64,000 bases of DNA from a virus (lineage: Duplodnaviria > Heunggongvirae > Uroviricota > Caudoviricetes). This document shows, piece after piece, positions 38,261 through 47,698 of this stretch. The position numbers and the translations under genes are program-made. Positions within the stretch are counted from its first letter, which is position 1. The number at the start of each line of letters is the position of its first letter. The stretch lies in IMG/VR virus record IMGVR_UViG_3300022562_000659; one strand, written 5' to 3'. The notes below the pieces were generated by a model. That model was given only the letters and a program-made list of their open reading frames with translations, was not told the origin of the DNA and did no database searches.

Positions 38261-39037
38261 TTGAGAACAAAAGAGGTAGAAATGGCGCTTCAGTATTCCG
38301 ACACTGATCGCAAGATCACTGTCGAATTCAAGGACGGATGCAAGTACGAGTACCGATTCCAGTCTGCGGGATCGATGGGAGAATGCAAGGATCATTCCAA
38401 GAACTTCCATCAGACTCAGCATCCGGATCACGCACAGACAATGAAGGAATACGTTTCGGAACCCGAAATCCTCGATCCGATTCATCCTTGCATTTGCGAT
38501 AAGCCTCTCCAGAGGTATACCAGTACCAATATCGAGGCTCACCAGTACAATTGCCCTCAGGATTCGGCTGCCGGACTGCTTTGTCATAAGCATTTCGAAA
38601 GCCGCAGAGACATTGGCCGTTCCGCAATGCAATGGGAAGTTGCGGAATGCAAGGACTGCCAGAAAGCCCGAAAGGATAATGAGGCTCGCATTCAGCGAAC
38701 CGAAACCATTGATCCGAATCAGGAATACGGTAAGCACATCGTTCTGACGTGCAAACTGCATCCCGATCTCCGATGGAGTACCAAGAACATTTCTTATATC
38801 GGAGCGCGAACCCTGTTTTTCAATGGGAACGTGACTCACGATCACAAAGAGAACCCTACTCTTGTTCCTGAGTCGCTTCTGAAGGATGGAGTTACGGGTC
38901 CGGTTTACATGGACACTCCGTGTTCCCTTAGGCGAGAATTCTACGGGGATGGCATTTCGGGAACCGATCTCGACTGCGAATGCGATTGCTCAGTTGCAAA
39001 CCTGATCGTCTACAAGAAGACGGACGAAACCAAGTAA
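38261..39037 (+). CDS. Cys/His-rich protein
   Basis: An AAAGAGG RBS and an 8-bp hairpin (GTTCTCAA/TTGAGAAC) lie just upstream. Many C/H residues. Confidence 0.45.
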   Translation: MRTKEVEMALQYSDTDRKITVEFKDGCKYEYRFQSAGSMGECKDHSKNFHQTQHPDHAQTMKEYVSEPEILDPIHPCICDKPLQRYTSTNIEAHQYNCPQDSAAGLLCHKHFESRRDIGRSAMQWEVAECKDCQKARKDNEARIQRTETIDPNQEYGKHIVLTCKLHPDLRWSTKNISYIGARTLFFNGNVTHDHKENPTLVPESLLKDGVTGPVYMDTPCSLRREFYGDGISGTDLDCECDCSVANLIVYKKTDETK

Positions 39038-39117
39038 CCAATTGATTCAAAGAGAACAGGGACTCATATAGGCTCCGCAATTACAGAAAGAATCCTGTTA
39101 CGAAAGGGATTCCTAGG

Positions 39118-39507
39118 ATGGAAGAGATTTCGTTTGGTCCGGTAGTCAACCCGGACGGTTCCCCGACTGAATTCACCAAGGAAATGTTCAACGTAACCTC
39201 GGATGACATTCTGATCATCCGATACAAGAATCGCATGGAGCAACTTCGTTCTGCCATCGCGAATGACTTCGCTACGGAGAAGTGGAACACAGAGCAGTAT
39301 CGCGGAGCGACACTGCAAGCGACACTTGAATGTGTCAAGGAAATGCTCGATCTGCATTCCAAGATCCAGAAACTGGAAACCAAGAAGCACGACGAAATCG
39401 TGGCTGCACACTGCAAGTACGATTGCGGTTGTGCGGGTGGACAGTCATTCAGCGAATGCACTTTCGAACCCTCATGTTCAAGGTGCTGGCTGAACGGAAA
39501 GAGCTAG
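39118..39507 (+). CDS. hypothetical protein with C-terminal Cys cluster
   Basis: 129 aa. CKYDCGCAGG...C...C. Confidence 0.4.
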   Translation: MEEISFGPVVNPDGSPTEFTKEMFNVTSDDILIIRYKNRMEQLRSAIANDFATEKWNTEQYRGATLQATLECVKEMLDLHSKIQKLETKKHDEIVAAHCKYDCGCAGGQSFSECTFEPSCSRCWLNGKS

Positions 39508-39603
39508 CATAAATGGATTCGGGAGCCTATACCAGAGTCGGTATTCAACCATACAATTGCAGGGCCGTTATGAGCCTCTAATCCAATTACGAGGTACAAT
39601 TCA

Positions 39604-39825
39604 GTGACGTACAATTTCGCATACATTCCGTCACATGCGGACGGAACCATGGAGCGCGATGACAATCGCGTTGCACAGTCCGATCTCGATCTGAATTGCC
39701 CGTGTGGATACCGGGCACCGCACAACAGCCAGAAGTGCGAATTCAATCCCAACAATGACAACTACTTCCTGAAGGTTGCTCAGATTGAGGAATCCGAACT
39801 TCGGGTTCTGGACGGCAATCGGTAG
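39604..39825 (+). CDS. small Cys-containing protein
   Basis: 73 aa. Confidence 0.35.
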   Translation: MTYNFAYIPSHADGTMERDDNRVAQSDLDLNCPCGYRAPHNSQKCEFNPNNDNYFLKVAQIEESELRVLDGNR

Positions 39826-40075
39826 ACATGTTCCATTCCATCGTCGGAGCCAACAGCGGATTCACAAGAGTCGATCTTGAGAACGAAAGCGCCTGGGGAT
39901 TCCTCGTTTTCGTTCTCATCATTCTGGTAATCATCTTCATTGCGAGGGTGATTAGCCACTTCATTCACCGCTAACCATTCTTCGATTAGAGGCTCATATC
40001 GGTCCTGCAAAAGAATTGTGCAGAATCGATACGAGCCTCGATCTGTTACTTGGATAGTGCGAGGTTCGAATCGGA

Positions 40076-40345
40076 ATGGACATGATCGAACTGGTGATGG
40101 AAAGCATTCTGGCGAATGCGTGCTGGAGTTTCGTGTGGGAGGGCAATAAGGACCTTCGATACGTGACCCTCGATCTTCACTGCAATACTGCATGGGTGAT
40201 CTTCGGAAGCACAAACAACTGGGATTACCAATCCTCGGGTGGAAATTACAAGGTGATCTGGTGGTACATTCAGGGACAGCGTTCCACTGAGGAAATGCTG
40301 GAACTGATGCGCAACCGGTTCCCCAAGGAGAACTACGTAGCCTAA
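40076..40345 (+). CDS. hypothetical protein
   Basis: 89 aa. Confidence 0.35.
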   Translation: MDMIELVMESILANACWSFVWEGNKDLRYVTLDLHCNTAWVIFGSTNNWDYQSSGGNYKVIWWYIQGQRSTEEMLELMRNRFPKENYVA

Positions 40346-40502
40346 GCAATAAGAATAGATCGAGGCTCATACCGATTCTGCACGATAGATTGAGAGGTGC
40401 CAATGAGGAAATACACTTCCTGGAAATGTTCCTATTGTGGTAGGAGAAACTACTACAATAAGACGATCTGCTACCATTGTGCAAAGCGCAAAGGGAGAGC
40501 AA

Positions 40503-40841
40503 ATGGGAAAAAGGCTAACCCGAGCCGAGTATCACAATGCGGTGTGCAACAACGGCTGCGTTTGTGATAGGTGGTCCTCAATCAAGCGCCGAATCTGCGT
40601 TTCGTGTGACGATGAGAAGTACCACTTCGAATTCGAATACGGACAGCGGATCTGCCAGTCCTGCAAGAAAAAGGTAGAAGAGCAATGGCAAAGCGTTTTT
40701 CTTTCACAGTCACAGGCGCAGGAACATTCCCATTCGACATGCTCCGATACGATGGAGCATACCCAACCGACACCGAAAGTGCATACCAGATGGACACTCC
40801 GTATCGTCCATCTACTGAAAAACTTCGCGACTTCAATCTGA
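40503..40841 (+). CDS. zinc-ribbon protein (3' end uncertain; overlaps next gene in another frame)
   Basis: CNNGCVC...CVSCDDEKYHFEFEYGQRICQSCKK. Confidence 0.3.
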   Translation: MGKRLTRAEYHNAVCNNGCVCDRWSSIKRRICVSCDDEKYHFEFEYGQRICQSCKKKVEEQWQSVFLSQSQAQEHSHSTCSDTMEHTQPTPKVHTRWTLRIVHLLKNFATSI

Positions 40842-40939
40842 ACAAGCGAAGCGTGAACCTGATGTGCACTGACAGGGAGCCAACGGAAGCACGTTGGAAT
40901 TCCTTCGGTTGGAAAGTGGAAAACATTCGCCGTGTCTGA
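40685..40939 (+). CDS. hypothetical protein
   Basis: ATG after an AAGGTAGAAGAG sequence. Confidence 0.4.
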   Translation: MAKRFSFTVTGAGTFPFDMLRYDGAYPTDTESAYQMDTPYRPSTEKLRDFNLNKRSVNLMCTDREPTEARWNSFGWKVENIRRV

Positions 40940-41119
40940 TTACAAATCATTCACGCCGGGACATTCCAGATACCACAAGTGCTTCTGCAATTGTGGTTGT
41001 GAGATTCTTGTTTTTCGCGCAACAACGAAAGATCAACCTCGTTGTGACAAGTGCAAGAACAAGAACATTCACGGAACCAAGATCAAGAATTGAGGCTCCA
41101 AAGGGACAAGGTATACGCA

Positions 41120-41365
41120 ATGGACGATGACGATCTTATGGGAGTACTTGAAACACAAGTACAAACCTCAGCCAAAACCGCAATGACATTCCTCAAGGCT
41201 CTTCTGGTTCGGATGAATGATTCCGAGGCAGATATCACAACAGCATTGCTTGTTGCTGAAAGGGCAGTAGAAACCGCGAATAAGGATCTCAATTCGCTAA
41301 TCACAGCTCGAGCGCAAGCGCAATTCCACATGAGAATGATCAAGCAAAACCTGAAGAACAGGTAA
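41120..41365 (+). CDS. hypothetical protein
   Basis: ATG after an AAAGGGACAAGG sequence. Confidence 0.4.
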   Translation: MDDDDLMGVLETQVQTSAKTAMTFLKALLVRMNDSEADITTALLVAERAVETANKDLNSLITARAQAQFHMRMIKQNLKNR

Positions 41366-41379
41366 GAAGGAAAAAGACA

Positions 41380-41511
41380 ATGTGCCACTGCATTTCCTGC
41401 ATCTGCATCGCAATCACGACTCAGGACGTGTGCTACAATTGTCGAAACGGAAAGCATCATCGAGGACCAAAGGCAAAGAAACATAACGGAAAGAACAAGC
41501 ATCACAAGTAA
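41380..41511 (+). CDS. 43-aa Cys/His-rich peptide (MCHCISCICIAITTQDVCYNCRNGKHH...), not in ORF track
   Basis: ATG 9 nt after AAGGAAAAAG. It is followed directly by an intrinsic terminator. Confidence 0.4.
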   Translation: MCHCISCICIAITTQDVCYNCRNGKHHRGPKAKKHNGKNKHHK

Positions 41512-41521
41512 CTGAAACGGA

Positions 41522-41562
41522 AAAAGGCCGGGAATTTCGATTCTCGGCCTTTTTCTTTGCCT
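41522..41562 (+). terminator. rho-independent terminator ending the 27.4-41.5 kb plus block
   Basis: AGGCCGGGAAT...TCTCGGCCT stem followed by TTTTTCTTTGCCTTTTTTC. Confidence 0.65.
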
Positions 41563-41873
41563 TTTTTCAAATATTCGATTTCTATAGGAAAAACGGCTTG
41601 ACGAGAAGCTATTCCAGGTGCTATACTTGATGCCGACAGTCGGGAAACGAAACGATGGATCTAGTCGTTTTCTGAAACGGTTTTCTAGAAAGGCTTCTAT
41701 AAAAAAGGGGGCTATACAATAACTCTTTCTATATACACATATACACCTATATAGAGATACATACAGGGGTAGTGGTAGGGAGTTGTAGGGTACAGCCCCA
41801 GGATGGATTAGGTGACTCAATAGTCACATATAATACAGCAAAAAATAAAACAAATATTCTATTTGCGATTCTT

Positions 41874-41935
41874 AAAATAGTGTTAGAAAAAAAATCCTGT
41901 TACTAAACGGGTACTCCAGGGACAATAGATTGTAC
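41874..41935 (+). repeat. direct repeat copy 1 (about 60 bp)
   Basis: AAAATAGTGTTAGAAAAAAAATCCTGTTACTAA... repeats at 41961 with a few changes. Confidence 0.6.
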
Positions 41936-41960
41936 GTGCGTGGTTCAATTCACTGATTTC

Positions 41961-42020
41961 AAAATAGTGTTACGAAAAAAATCCTGTTACTAAGGACCAG
42001 GGCCGGGGACAATGGACAGG
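41961..42020 (+). repeat. direct repeat copy 2 (about 60 bp)
   Basis: AAAATAGTGTTACGAAAAAAATCCTGTTACTAA... Confidence 0.6.
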
Positions 42021-42387
42021 CAATTCGCCAATTCGATTCCGAAAATGGTTTGCCGGTCGCGGTCGCCAGCGGAAAGCTTGGGCGGATCGCCAGTCGAATC
42101 CGGGAATAGAACGCCCATTCCATTTCGGAGCTCGAATAATCGATGATTTCGTGAATTCGATTCTTGAGCCTAAGATTCCTCGGAAAATCCAGGATTCCGC
42201 CTATGAATTATCGGGTTATCTGCCAGGTCAAGGCGAAACGTTAGGCGAATCCGCCGATCCACCTTCGATTCTTCGATTTGCAATCGCCGCTAGCAGGCGG
42301 TACGCTGGACACGTCCCGCGACGACGGCGGGACGGCGGAACCGGCCGCCCATCAGGAACCGGAACGAATCCCGGAAGGGGAAACGGA

Positions 42388-42696
42388 ATGGCTGGTACGA
42401 AGGAAGTTACGTGGACGATTCGCGAGGCGCGAGTCGAGCCGGGGAAGGCGGTCCGAAAGCCGACTGACCCGATCGCCACCATTCACGGGAAGATCGAGCG
42501 GAGCGACATGTCCGATCCGCTCAAGGGCAAGGAATTCACGGGCTGGACTGACGAGGCGAAGGCGGCTGGCTGGACAATCGACACCTCCGATCTCAAGTCG
42601 GAGGGCATCATCCGGGTGACGGGAATGATCGGGAAGGGAGGACGGCCCGCGCCAAAGATTCTCGAAGCCGACGACGCAATCGCACTGCTGTCCTAG
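42388..42696 (+). CDS. hypothetical protein in GC-rich island
   Basis: ATG after a GGAAGGGGAAACGGA sequence. The track ORF from 42151 has a low-complexity, Arg-rich N-terminus. Local GC is far above the genome background. Confidence 0.4.
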   Translation: MAGTKEVTWTIREARVEPGKAVRKPTDPIATIHGKIERSDMSDPLKGKEFTGWTDEAKAAGWTIDTSDLKSEGIIRVTGMIGKGGRPAPKILEADDAIALLS

Positions 42697-42706
42697 ACTC
42701 TAGAAA

Positions 42707-42750
42707 CGGAAACCCGGTCGGATTCTCCGACCGGGTTTCTCGTTTCCGGA
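42707..42750 (+). terminator. stem-loop terminator
   Basis: GAAACCCGGTCGGA-ttctc-CGACCGGGTTTC with a weak U-tract. Confidence 0.45.
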
Positions 42751-42823
42751 GCGCGCGGTGTTATGATAACAATCCAAAAATGTGGGAGGAATTTTTCCAG
42801 ATTTTCAGAAATTTCTACAGAAT

Positions 42824-43000
42824 CTACAATTCCGCCGCTAGGGTTCCGCCCATGAGTGCCGCTCCAAATACCAGTATTCCCGACAAGAGCAACTTCTCAG
42901 ACAAGCTGGTAGTATCTCCTGTCCAGATGGCACCCGCGATAAGAAGAATGCCGATAAGCATACCGATAGCGATAACCTTGTACGTGTTACTTCTCGTCAT
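42824..43000 (-). CDS. small membrane protein
   Basis: VIAIGMLIGILLIAGAIW and ILVFGAALMGGTLAA helices. Confidence 0.4.
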   Translation of the reverse strand: MTRSNTYKVIAIGMLIGILLIAGAIWTGDTTSLSEKLLLSGILVFGAALMGGTLAAEL

Positions 43001-43493
43001 CTGGCAATTCCCCGATTTCTTCAAGATGCGCCTTCCATGTGACCCTGTTGATGGCATCCGCAGATGCCTTCAAGTATGCGTACTCGCGCAGACGATCCTT
43101 TAGTTGTTCGACATGCTCAGGAAACTTCTCGGCAATCTTTGCCTCGATAGCCGCAAGTGCGTCCTCTGAACGCGCACGCAGATGCATGAGATCGAGTGCT
43201 GTCACTTCAACCTTGATCTTCCTCAACTCTTCATTGAATTCGTTGACGAAATCATGTTCATGGATAGCGTTCTTTCCACGCTCGTAATCATACCAGAACA
43301 ACTTGGTGTCCAAGTAGGCACTCAGGGCATCAAGTCCAGCAATAGGATCATCTGAATCTGAAATCTTCCGCAGGGAGTACAGCATCTTCTCATCGAGGAC
43401 TCCCGGCACGACCAAGGCAATTGTCAGGATTGCATCATAACTCTTGGCCTTCTCATCCAATTCCTTGAACTTGGAGAGGAAATTGTCAGTCAC
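42987..43493 (-). CDS. hypothetical protein
   Basis: 168 aa. Confidence 0.4.
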   Translation of the reverse strand: MTDNFLSKFKELDEKAKSYDAILTIALVVPGVLDEKMLYSLRKISDSDDPIAGLDALSAYLDTKLFWYDYERGKNAIHEHDFVNEFNEELRKIKVEVTALDLMHLRARSEDALAAIEAKIAEKFPEHVEQLKDRLREYAYLKASADAINRVTWKAHLEEIGELPDDEK

Positions 43494-43708
43494 TTTCGAT
43501 TCTTCCTTCTACTAGCATTCTGCATTCTTCGAAGCGCACGACGACGCTTCGTGTGATTGTGGGAGTGCAACTCCGAGTATTCCTTGGGTCGCTTGCTTGC
43601 CTCCACGGCATTGAGATAGTCTGCCTCTACCATTGAGAGGTAGACCTCATTCGGCATTGGCTTCTCGCCTATCGGCAATTCACGAATTTCTCCAGTGTCA
43701 GTATTCAT
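43490..43708 (-). CDS. hypothetical protein
   Basis: 72 aa. Confidence 0.35.
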   Translation of the reverse strand: MNTDTGEIRELPIGEKPMPNEVYLSMVEADYLNAVEASKRPKEYSELHSHNHTKRRRALRRMQNASRRKNRK

Positions 43709-44084
43709 TGTCTTCCTTTTCTGGTTCTAGTATTTGTGCGTGCCAGTAGCCTATAAGTCTTGCTGTCACGGATTCACATATCTGCGCCCGTTCTTTCTCT
43801 GCCACATGCAATTCCACGAGGTGTGGGTACAGGCATTCTGAAACTGCATTGAGCATGGATGCTGTCGGCTTAGGTGTCAAGCGACGATTGCAATTACCAC
43901 ATCTGCCATCAATGATGGGCATGCCAGCATGGTTACAGATAGGAACGATATATGCACGACGTGCATTCCATGCGAATACGATTCCAGCAGTGCAGGATAG
44001 GCAGATACCGTTGGTCAGGTCTGGTGTGTACTCGATATCACCGCATAATCGACACTCTGAGAAGTTTCTAGCGTCCGGTGGCAT
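43698..44084 (-). CDS. Cys-rich zinc-finger protein
   Basis: CRLCGD...CLSC...CNH...CGNC. The N-terminal extent is uncertain. Confidence 0.4.
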   Translation of the reverse strand: MPPDARNFSECRLCGDIEYTPDLTNGICLSCTAGIVFAWNARRAYIVPICNHAGMPIIDGRCGNCNRRLTPKPTASMLNAVSECLYPHLVELHVAEKERAQICESVTARLIGYWHAQILEPEKEDNEY

Positions 44085-44334
44085 GGCACACCACCCTTCC
44101 CTTGGTATCAGTTGGATACCTGTGAACAAGGGTGAAATCTCTTGAATTGCGCCGAATCTGTAATTGATCCTCGGGGCAATTATTTGCCACCGCAGCCTCA
44201 ATGATCTCGTTGAATGAGGACGCGCGAGCAACAATGTCTCGACGCTGCTTTTGCGGTGCTGGTTCTATGCGCCCACGACGGCGCTCCCGTTGAATGTGTG
44301 TGCCTACACGGCGACTGTGCATTTCTACCTCCAA
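44068..44334 (-). CDS. small basic putative DNA-binding protein
   Basis: Arg-rich N-terminus. It is the first gene after the divergent region at 44340..44560. Confidence 0.3.
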   Translation of the reverse strand: MEVEMHSRRVGTHIQRERRRGRIEPAPQKQRRDIVARASSFNEIIEAAVANNCPEDQLQIRRNSRDFTLVHRYPTDTKGRVVCHATGR

Positions 44335-44569
44335 AACAGGTGGACAACTCCACTCCCTAGAGTGTACGCCACCCCCAGCTCCACGATCAAGGACCTAGAA
44401 AAATAGTTGAAATTCATTTAATTTACCCTATTGTGGACATGTGACTATTCTGGTAGAATGGTTTTGACCATTCGACACCGTTCAGGGAGGTATGTCGTAT
44501 CGGCTGATTTTTCAACTGGCTTGAATTGCGTCCCAAAATCCGGTTTCAATTTCAAAAAGGGATAGCAAG

Positions 44570-44845
44570 TTGGAATACGAAATCAAGCGCCTGCCCGGAG
44601 AAGTGCCTGCCGAAGTGCATTTCAATGGCAGGCAGACTATCGCAATGCTCACCGTCAATGGAAATACGTTCGTCGGTACGGCAACCTGTATGAAGGGCGA
44701 TAAGTATTCCAAGGAAATTGGTGAGGGAATTGCGCTTAGTCGGGCTGCAAAGGTTGCAGCTAAGTACGAGGAAAATCTTTGGATTTCCCGTGCCGTGACT
44801 AAGGAGGATTGGGCAAAGAAGCACAACAAGAGAATCGCAAGGTGA
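44570..44845 (+). CDS. hypothetical protein
   Basis: 91 aa, TTG start. Confidence 0.4.
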   Translation: MEYEIKRLPGEVPAEVHFNGRQTIAMLTVNGNTFVGTATCMKGDKYSKEIGEGIALSRAAKVAAKYEENLWISRAVTKEDWAKKHNKRIAR

Positions 44846-45030
44846 CCGGCAACGCTGTTCGCACTTGTGGAAAGTGCAGTGAGGTTAAGCCACTCACAAC
44901 TGATAACTTCTACATTCTGCGGCCTAATGCAAGTCATCCAAAGGGAGGGTGGCAAGCACACTGCAAGACGTGTTGGAAGGATATCAACGCAGCCAACAAG
45001 CGCCGTCGCGCTATGGCATACTCGGGGTAA
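44809..45030 (+). CDS. zinc-ribbon protein
   Basis: CGKCSE...CKTCW. Confidence 0.35.
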   Translation: MGKEAQQENRKVTGNAVRTCGKCSEVKPLTTDNFYILRPNASHPKGGWQAHCKTCWKDINAANKRRRAMAYSG

Positions 45031-45042
45031 ATTCTCGGGGTA

Positions 45043-45081
45043 GAACGAAAAAAGAGAGGCCCGAAAGGGCCTCTTTTTTTA
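45043..45081. terminator. bidirectional rho-independent terminator
   Basis: AGAGGCCC-gaaa-GGGCCTCT is flanked by A6 and T8. It lies between convergent genes. Confidence 0.75.
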
Positions 45082-45306
45082 TCCTTTTACGGTGAATTTC
45101 AATCCTAATTTCTCATTGATCACCGATTCCCGATGAGACTGCACTACCATGATGTAATATTCATCGTTGAATTCTTGGAATGGCAATTGATCAAATTCTA
45201 CCTTGTATCCACAAGAGCAGCGGACACCGGCAGGATGGAATGTCTGATTCCATGCCAGTGATTCGTACCGTTCTATGACATGCTCTTCTATCTCGTTTTC
45301 AACCAT
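45079..45306 (-). CDS. hypothetical protein
   Basis: 75 aa. Confidence 0.35.
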   Translation of the reverse strand: MVENEIEEHVIERYESLAWNQTFHPAGVRCSCGYKVEFDQLPFQEFNDEYYIMVVQSHRESVINEKLGLKFTVKG

Positions 45307-45569
45307 TATCTATCTACTCCCGGCAAAGAGGAAAACCCCTCTTCTGCTGATTCAGCCACACCGCACCCTGTTCGCGGCAGACTGCTTGACTCAATTCGTG
45401 CACCAACGCTCCAAGGAATAGGCTCGCTGAAATATGTACGGCAATCCTTGCAGAATGCTGCGAATAGTGCAACAGATGCTGGAGTACGAGTATACTCTCC
45501 GCGTGCCTCATATGCAGGCTGTACAGGGATAATCACATAAATCCAGGGGTGAACTTTCTCACTTGTCAT
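45306..45569 (-). CDS. hypothetical protein
   Basis: 87 aa. Confidence 0.35.
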   Translation of the reverse strand: MTSEKVHPWIYVIIPVQPAYEARGEYTRTPASVALFAAFCKDCRTYFSEPIPWSVGARIESSSLPRTGCGVAESAEEGFSSLPGVDR

Positions 45570-46116
45570 TGTCTTCCTTCCTCAATTCCAGTAGATATCG
45601 CGCAAAGGTTGGGTTGCATAGTACAGCAGGTGATCTTTTTGCGCGCATCAAAGTAATAGCATCTTCTGGATGCATACCAGCCCAATTGACCAATACATTA
45701 CCTACAACAAGTGATGACCTGTTGAGGCCCGCCTGACAGTGGACGAGAACCTTCTTTCCCTCATTGAGAGCGCTGATAACCGTGTCTGTTGCACGATTGA
45801 GTGTTGGCACATCAACGTCATTCCCGTCGTACATTCTGTATGCAACCAATCGTCCTTGCGTGCCATACCTCTCCCACGGATAGAGAGATACGACAACATC
45901 GAACCTGTTTTTCAAGTTTAATCCATGCACAAACCCTCCATGCCATAGATTGTCAATAACATGAGTGATGGCTGGCATTTCAAACGGTGTGTAGTTGTGT
46001 GCGGCATATCCTTTGATGATATACGTGAATGGATCGGTATCTGGTCCTGCATTCCATTCACTTGATGATGGCTCGACCGTATTCCTTCCTGTATCGAGCG
46101 GTGGCCTAGGTAGCAT
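45559..46116 (-). CDS. dual-specificity / tyrosine protein phosphatase
   Basis: CX5R active-site loop VHCQAGLNRSSLVV. A general-acid region is upstream. Confidence 0.75.
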   Translation of the reverse strand: MLPRPPLDTGRNTVEPSSSEWNAGPDTDPFTYIIKGYAAHNYTPFEMPAITHVIDNLWHGGFVHGLNLKNRFDVVVSLYPWERYGTQGRLVAYRMYDGNDVDVPTLNRATDTVISALNEGKKVLVHCQAGLNRSSLVVGNVLVNWAGMHPEDAITLMRAKRSPAVLCNPTFARYLLELRKEDNDK

Positions 46117-46131
46117 CTATATCTCCTTATT

Positions 46132-47172
46132 TCATAATCTTGTTCCTGTTTCTATCTGGCTTAGTGATGTGACTGGAATAAATTCACAGTTTTGTTGCAA
46201 TTCTGCGAGTGTACTGGCACCGACATAACTCATACCACTGCGAAGCCCGCCAGCAAGTCTTCTGATAACCTCATGGACTGGACCTTTTGATTCCACGTAT
46301 CCACTGATTCCCTCAGGGACTTCACGCGCACCATTGATTCCAAATATACTCTGTCCCCTATATTCCCTATACTGGATACCGTTGGCTCCCTGATAGGTGG
46401 GGGCTGGTGTCTCTTCTGTTCCTGCAAGCAGTCTTCCAAGCATCACCACATCAGCTCCTGCGCCGATAGCCTTCACGATATCGCCACTGTTCTTTATACC
46501 ACCATCTGCAATCAACCGCACATGCCGCAGACTTGGCATAGATTGGCGATACTCGTCAATTTCCAAAATCGCGGAAAGCTGCGGTATTCCCACGCCTGTT
46601 ACAGTGCGGGTTGTGCAAACCGAGCCGGGACCAATGCCGATTTTCACTGCATCGGCACCGGATATAGCAAGATCGTAGAATCCGTTTACTGTGGCAACAT
46701 TGCCAGCAATGATCTTCCAATCAAGAAATTTATCACGTATGTGCTTAATAAGCGTAATTACCTTGGAATGATGACCATGAGCAACATCAATACACACGAT
46801 CTTTTGATTAGCATAATTGGCATATAGGGCCTCGATCTCACGAATGCGAGAGATTGATTCTTCCAGATTTCGAATACCAACAGAAAAACCTATACGACCA
46901 GTTTCATTATGTACAATACTGATCTCGTTCTTCTGTTGTTCCCACGAAGAAAATCTATGCAGAATTCCCAGCCCACCAACTCCCCACATGGCTACAGCCA
47001 TTGCGGAACCAGTGATATAATCCATATTGGCACTGATAATTGGCACATGAAGTTTCATGCCCAAGAATTCTGAAACTAACTCTATATCCCTGCGAGTTTC
47101 GATATCAGAATATTTCGGTTGTATTAGAACATCGTCAAATGTCAGATGCAGTTTTGGTGATACTTTACTCAT
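46132..47172 (-). CDS. guaC: GMP reductase / IMPDH-family (GuaC-like, no CBS insert)
   Basis: 346 aa. Catalytic loop GIGPGSVCTTR and the phosphate-binding GGIKNSGDIVKAIGAGADVVMLG are present. The length matches GuaC rather than CBS-containing IMPDH. Confidence 0.7.
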   Translation of the reverse strand: MSKVSPKLHLTFDDVLIQPKYSDIETRRDIELVSEFLGMKLHVPIISANMDYITGSAMAVAMWGVGGLGILHRFSSWEQQKNEISIVHNETGRIGFSVGIRNLEESISRIREIEALYANYANQKIVCIDVAHGHHSKVITLIKHIRDKFLDWKIIAGNVATVNGFYDLAISGADAVKIGIGPGSVCTTRTVTGVGIPQLSAILEIDEYRQSMPSLRHVRLIADGGIKNSGDIVKAIGAGADVVMLGRLLAGTEETPAPTYQGANGIQYREYRGQSIFGINGAREVPEGISGYVESKGPVHEVIRRLAGGLRSGMSYVGASTLAELQQNCEFIPVTSLSQIETGTRL

Positions 47173-47371
47173 TTTTCTTTACGCCTCTTTTTTATAAGAT
47201 AATCTCGTATATATGCGAAGATATATCTTTCTACAACATAGATGGCAAATATAATTAGCCCCCAATAAAGGGGATCTATTTCATAGTGAATCCACATTTT
47301 TGACTTTCACTCTATCCATAACCCAAGCTATCAACCCTTGCGATATCGATAGGGTTGATTGATAGCTCGCG

Positions 47372-47698
47372 CTAGACCGTTGGATCGTGGTTGCAGTCGT
47401 AGGAGTCATCGCCAACGGTCCACCACTCGTGTCCGCAGTCGTGCGGACAGGTTCGCGTGGCGGGCTGGGGAATTAGTCGGCACGCGCCGATGCGGTATTC
47501 GCGGCACGCGATACCGGGACCATCCTCGGTGCCGTGGTTGTGGACGCCACTCGGGGCGGGCTGAGGGGCGACGGTGACGCCAGCGGCGGCGAGGCGGGCG
47601 GCAATCCATTCGTGCCAGTCAACGATCTGGCCCGCGTCTGGCTCATGGCTCGCCCGCATAGCATCTCGCAGCAGCGCGGCCAGTCGGTCGGTGGTCAT
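47372..47698 (-). CDS. hypothetical protein in GC-rich island
   Basis: 108 aa. Codon usage is very GC-rich compared with neighbours. It is followed on its 3' side by the imperfect hairpin GCTATCAACCCT...AGGGTTGATtgaTAGC. Confidence 0.4.
   Translation of the reverse strand: MTTDRLAALLRDAMRASHEPDAGQIVDWHEWIAARLAAAGVTVAPQPAPSGVHNHGTEDGPGIACREYRIGACRLIPQPATRTCPHDCGHEWWTVGDDSYDCNHDPTV

Noticed and set aside
41083-41820. Minus-strand 245-aa ORF
   Set aside because: It runs antisense through plus-strand genes, the 41522 terminator and the non-coding repeat region, and has no RBS, so it is probably spurious.
44512-44961. Minus-strand ORFs antisense to 44570..45030
   Set aside because: They are antisense to better-supported plus genes and cross a divergent intergenic region.
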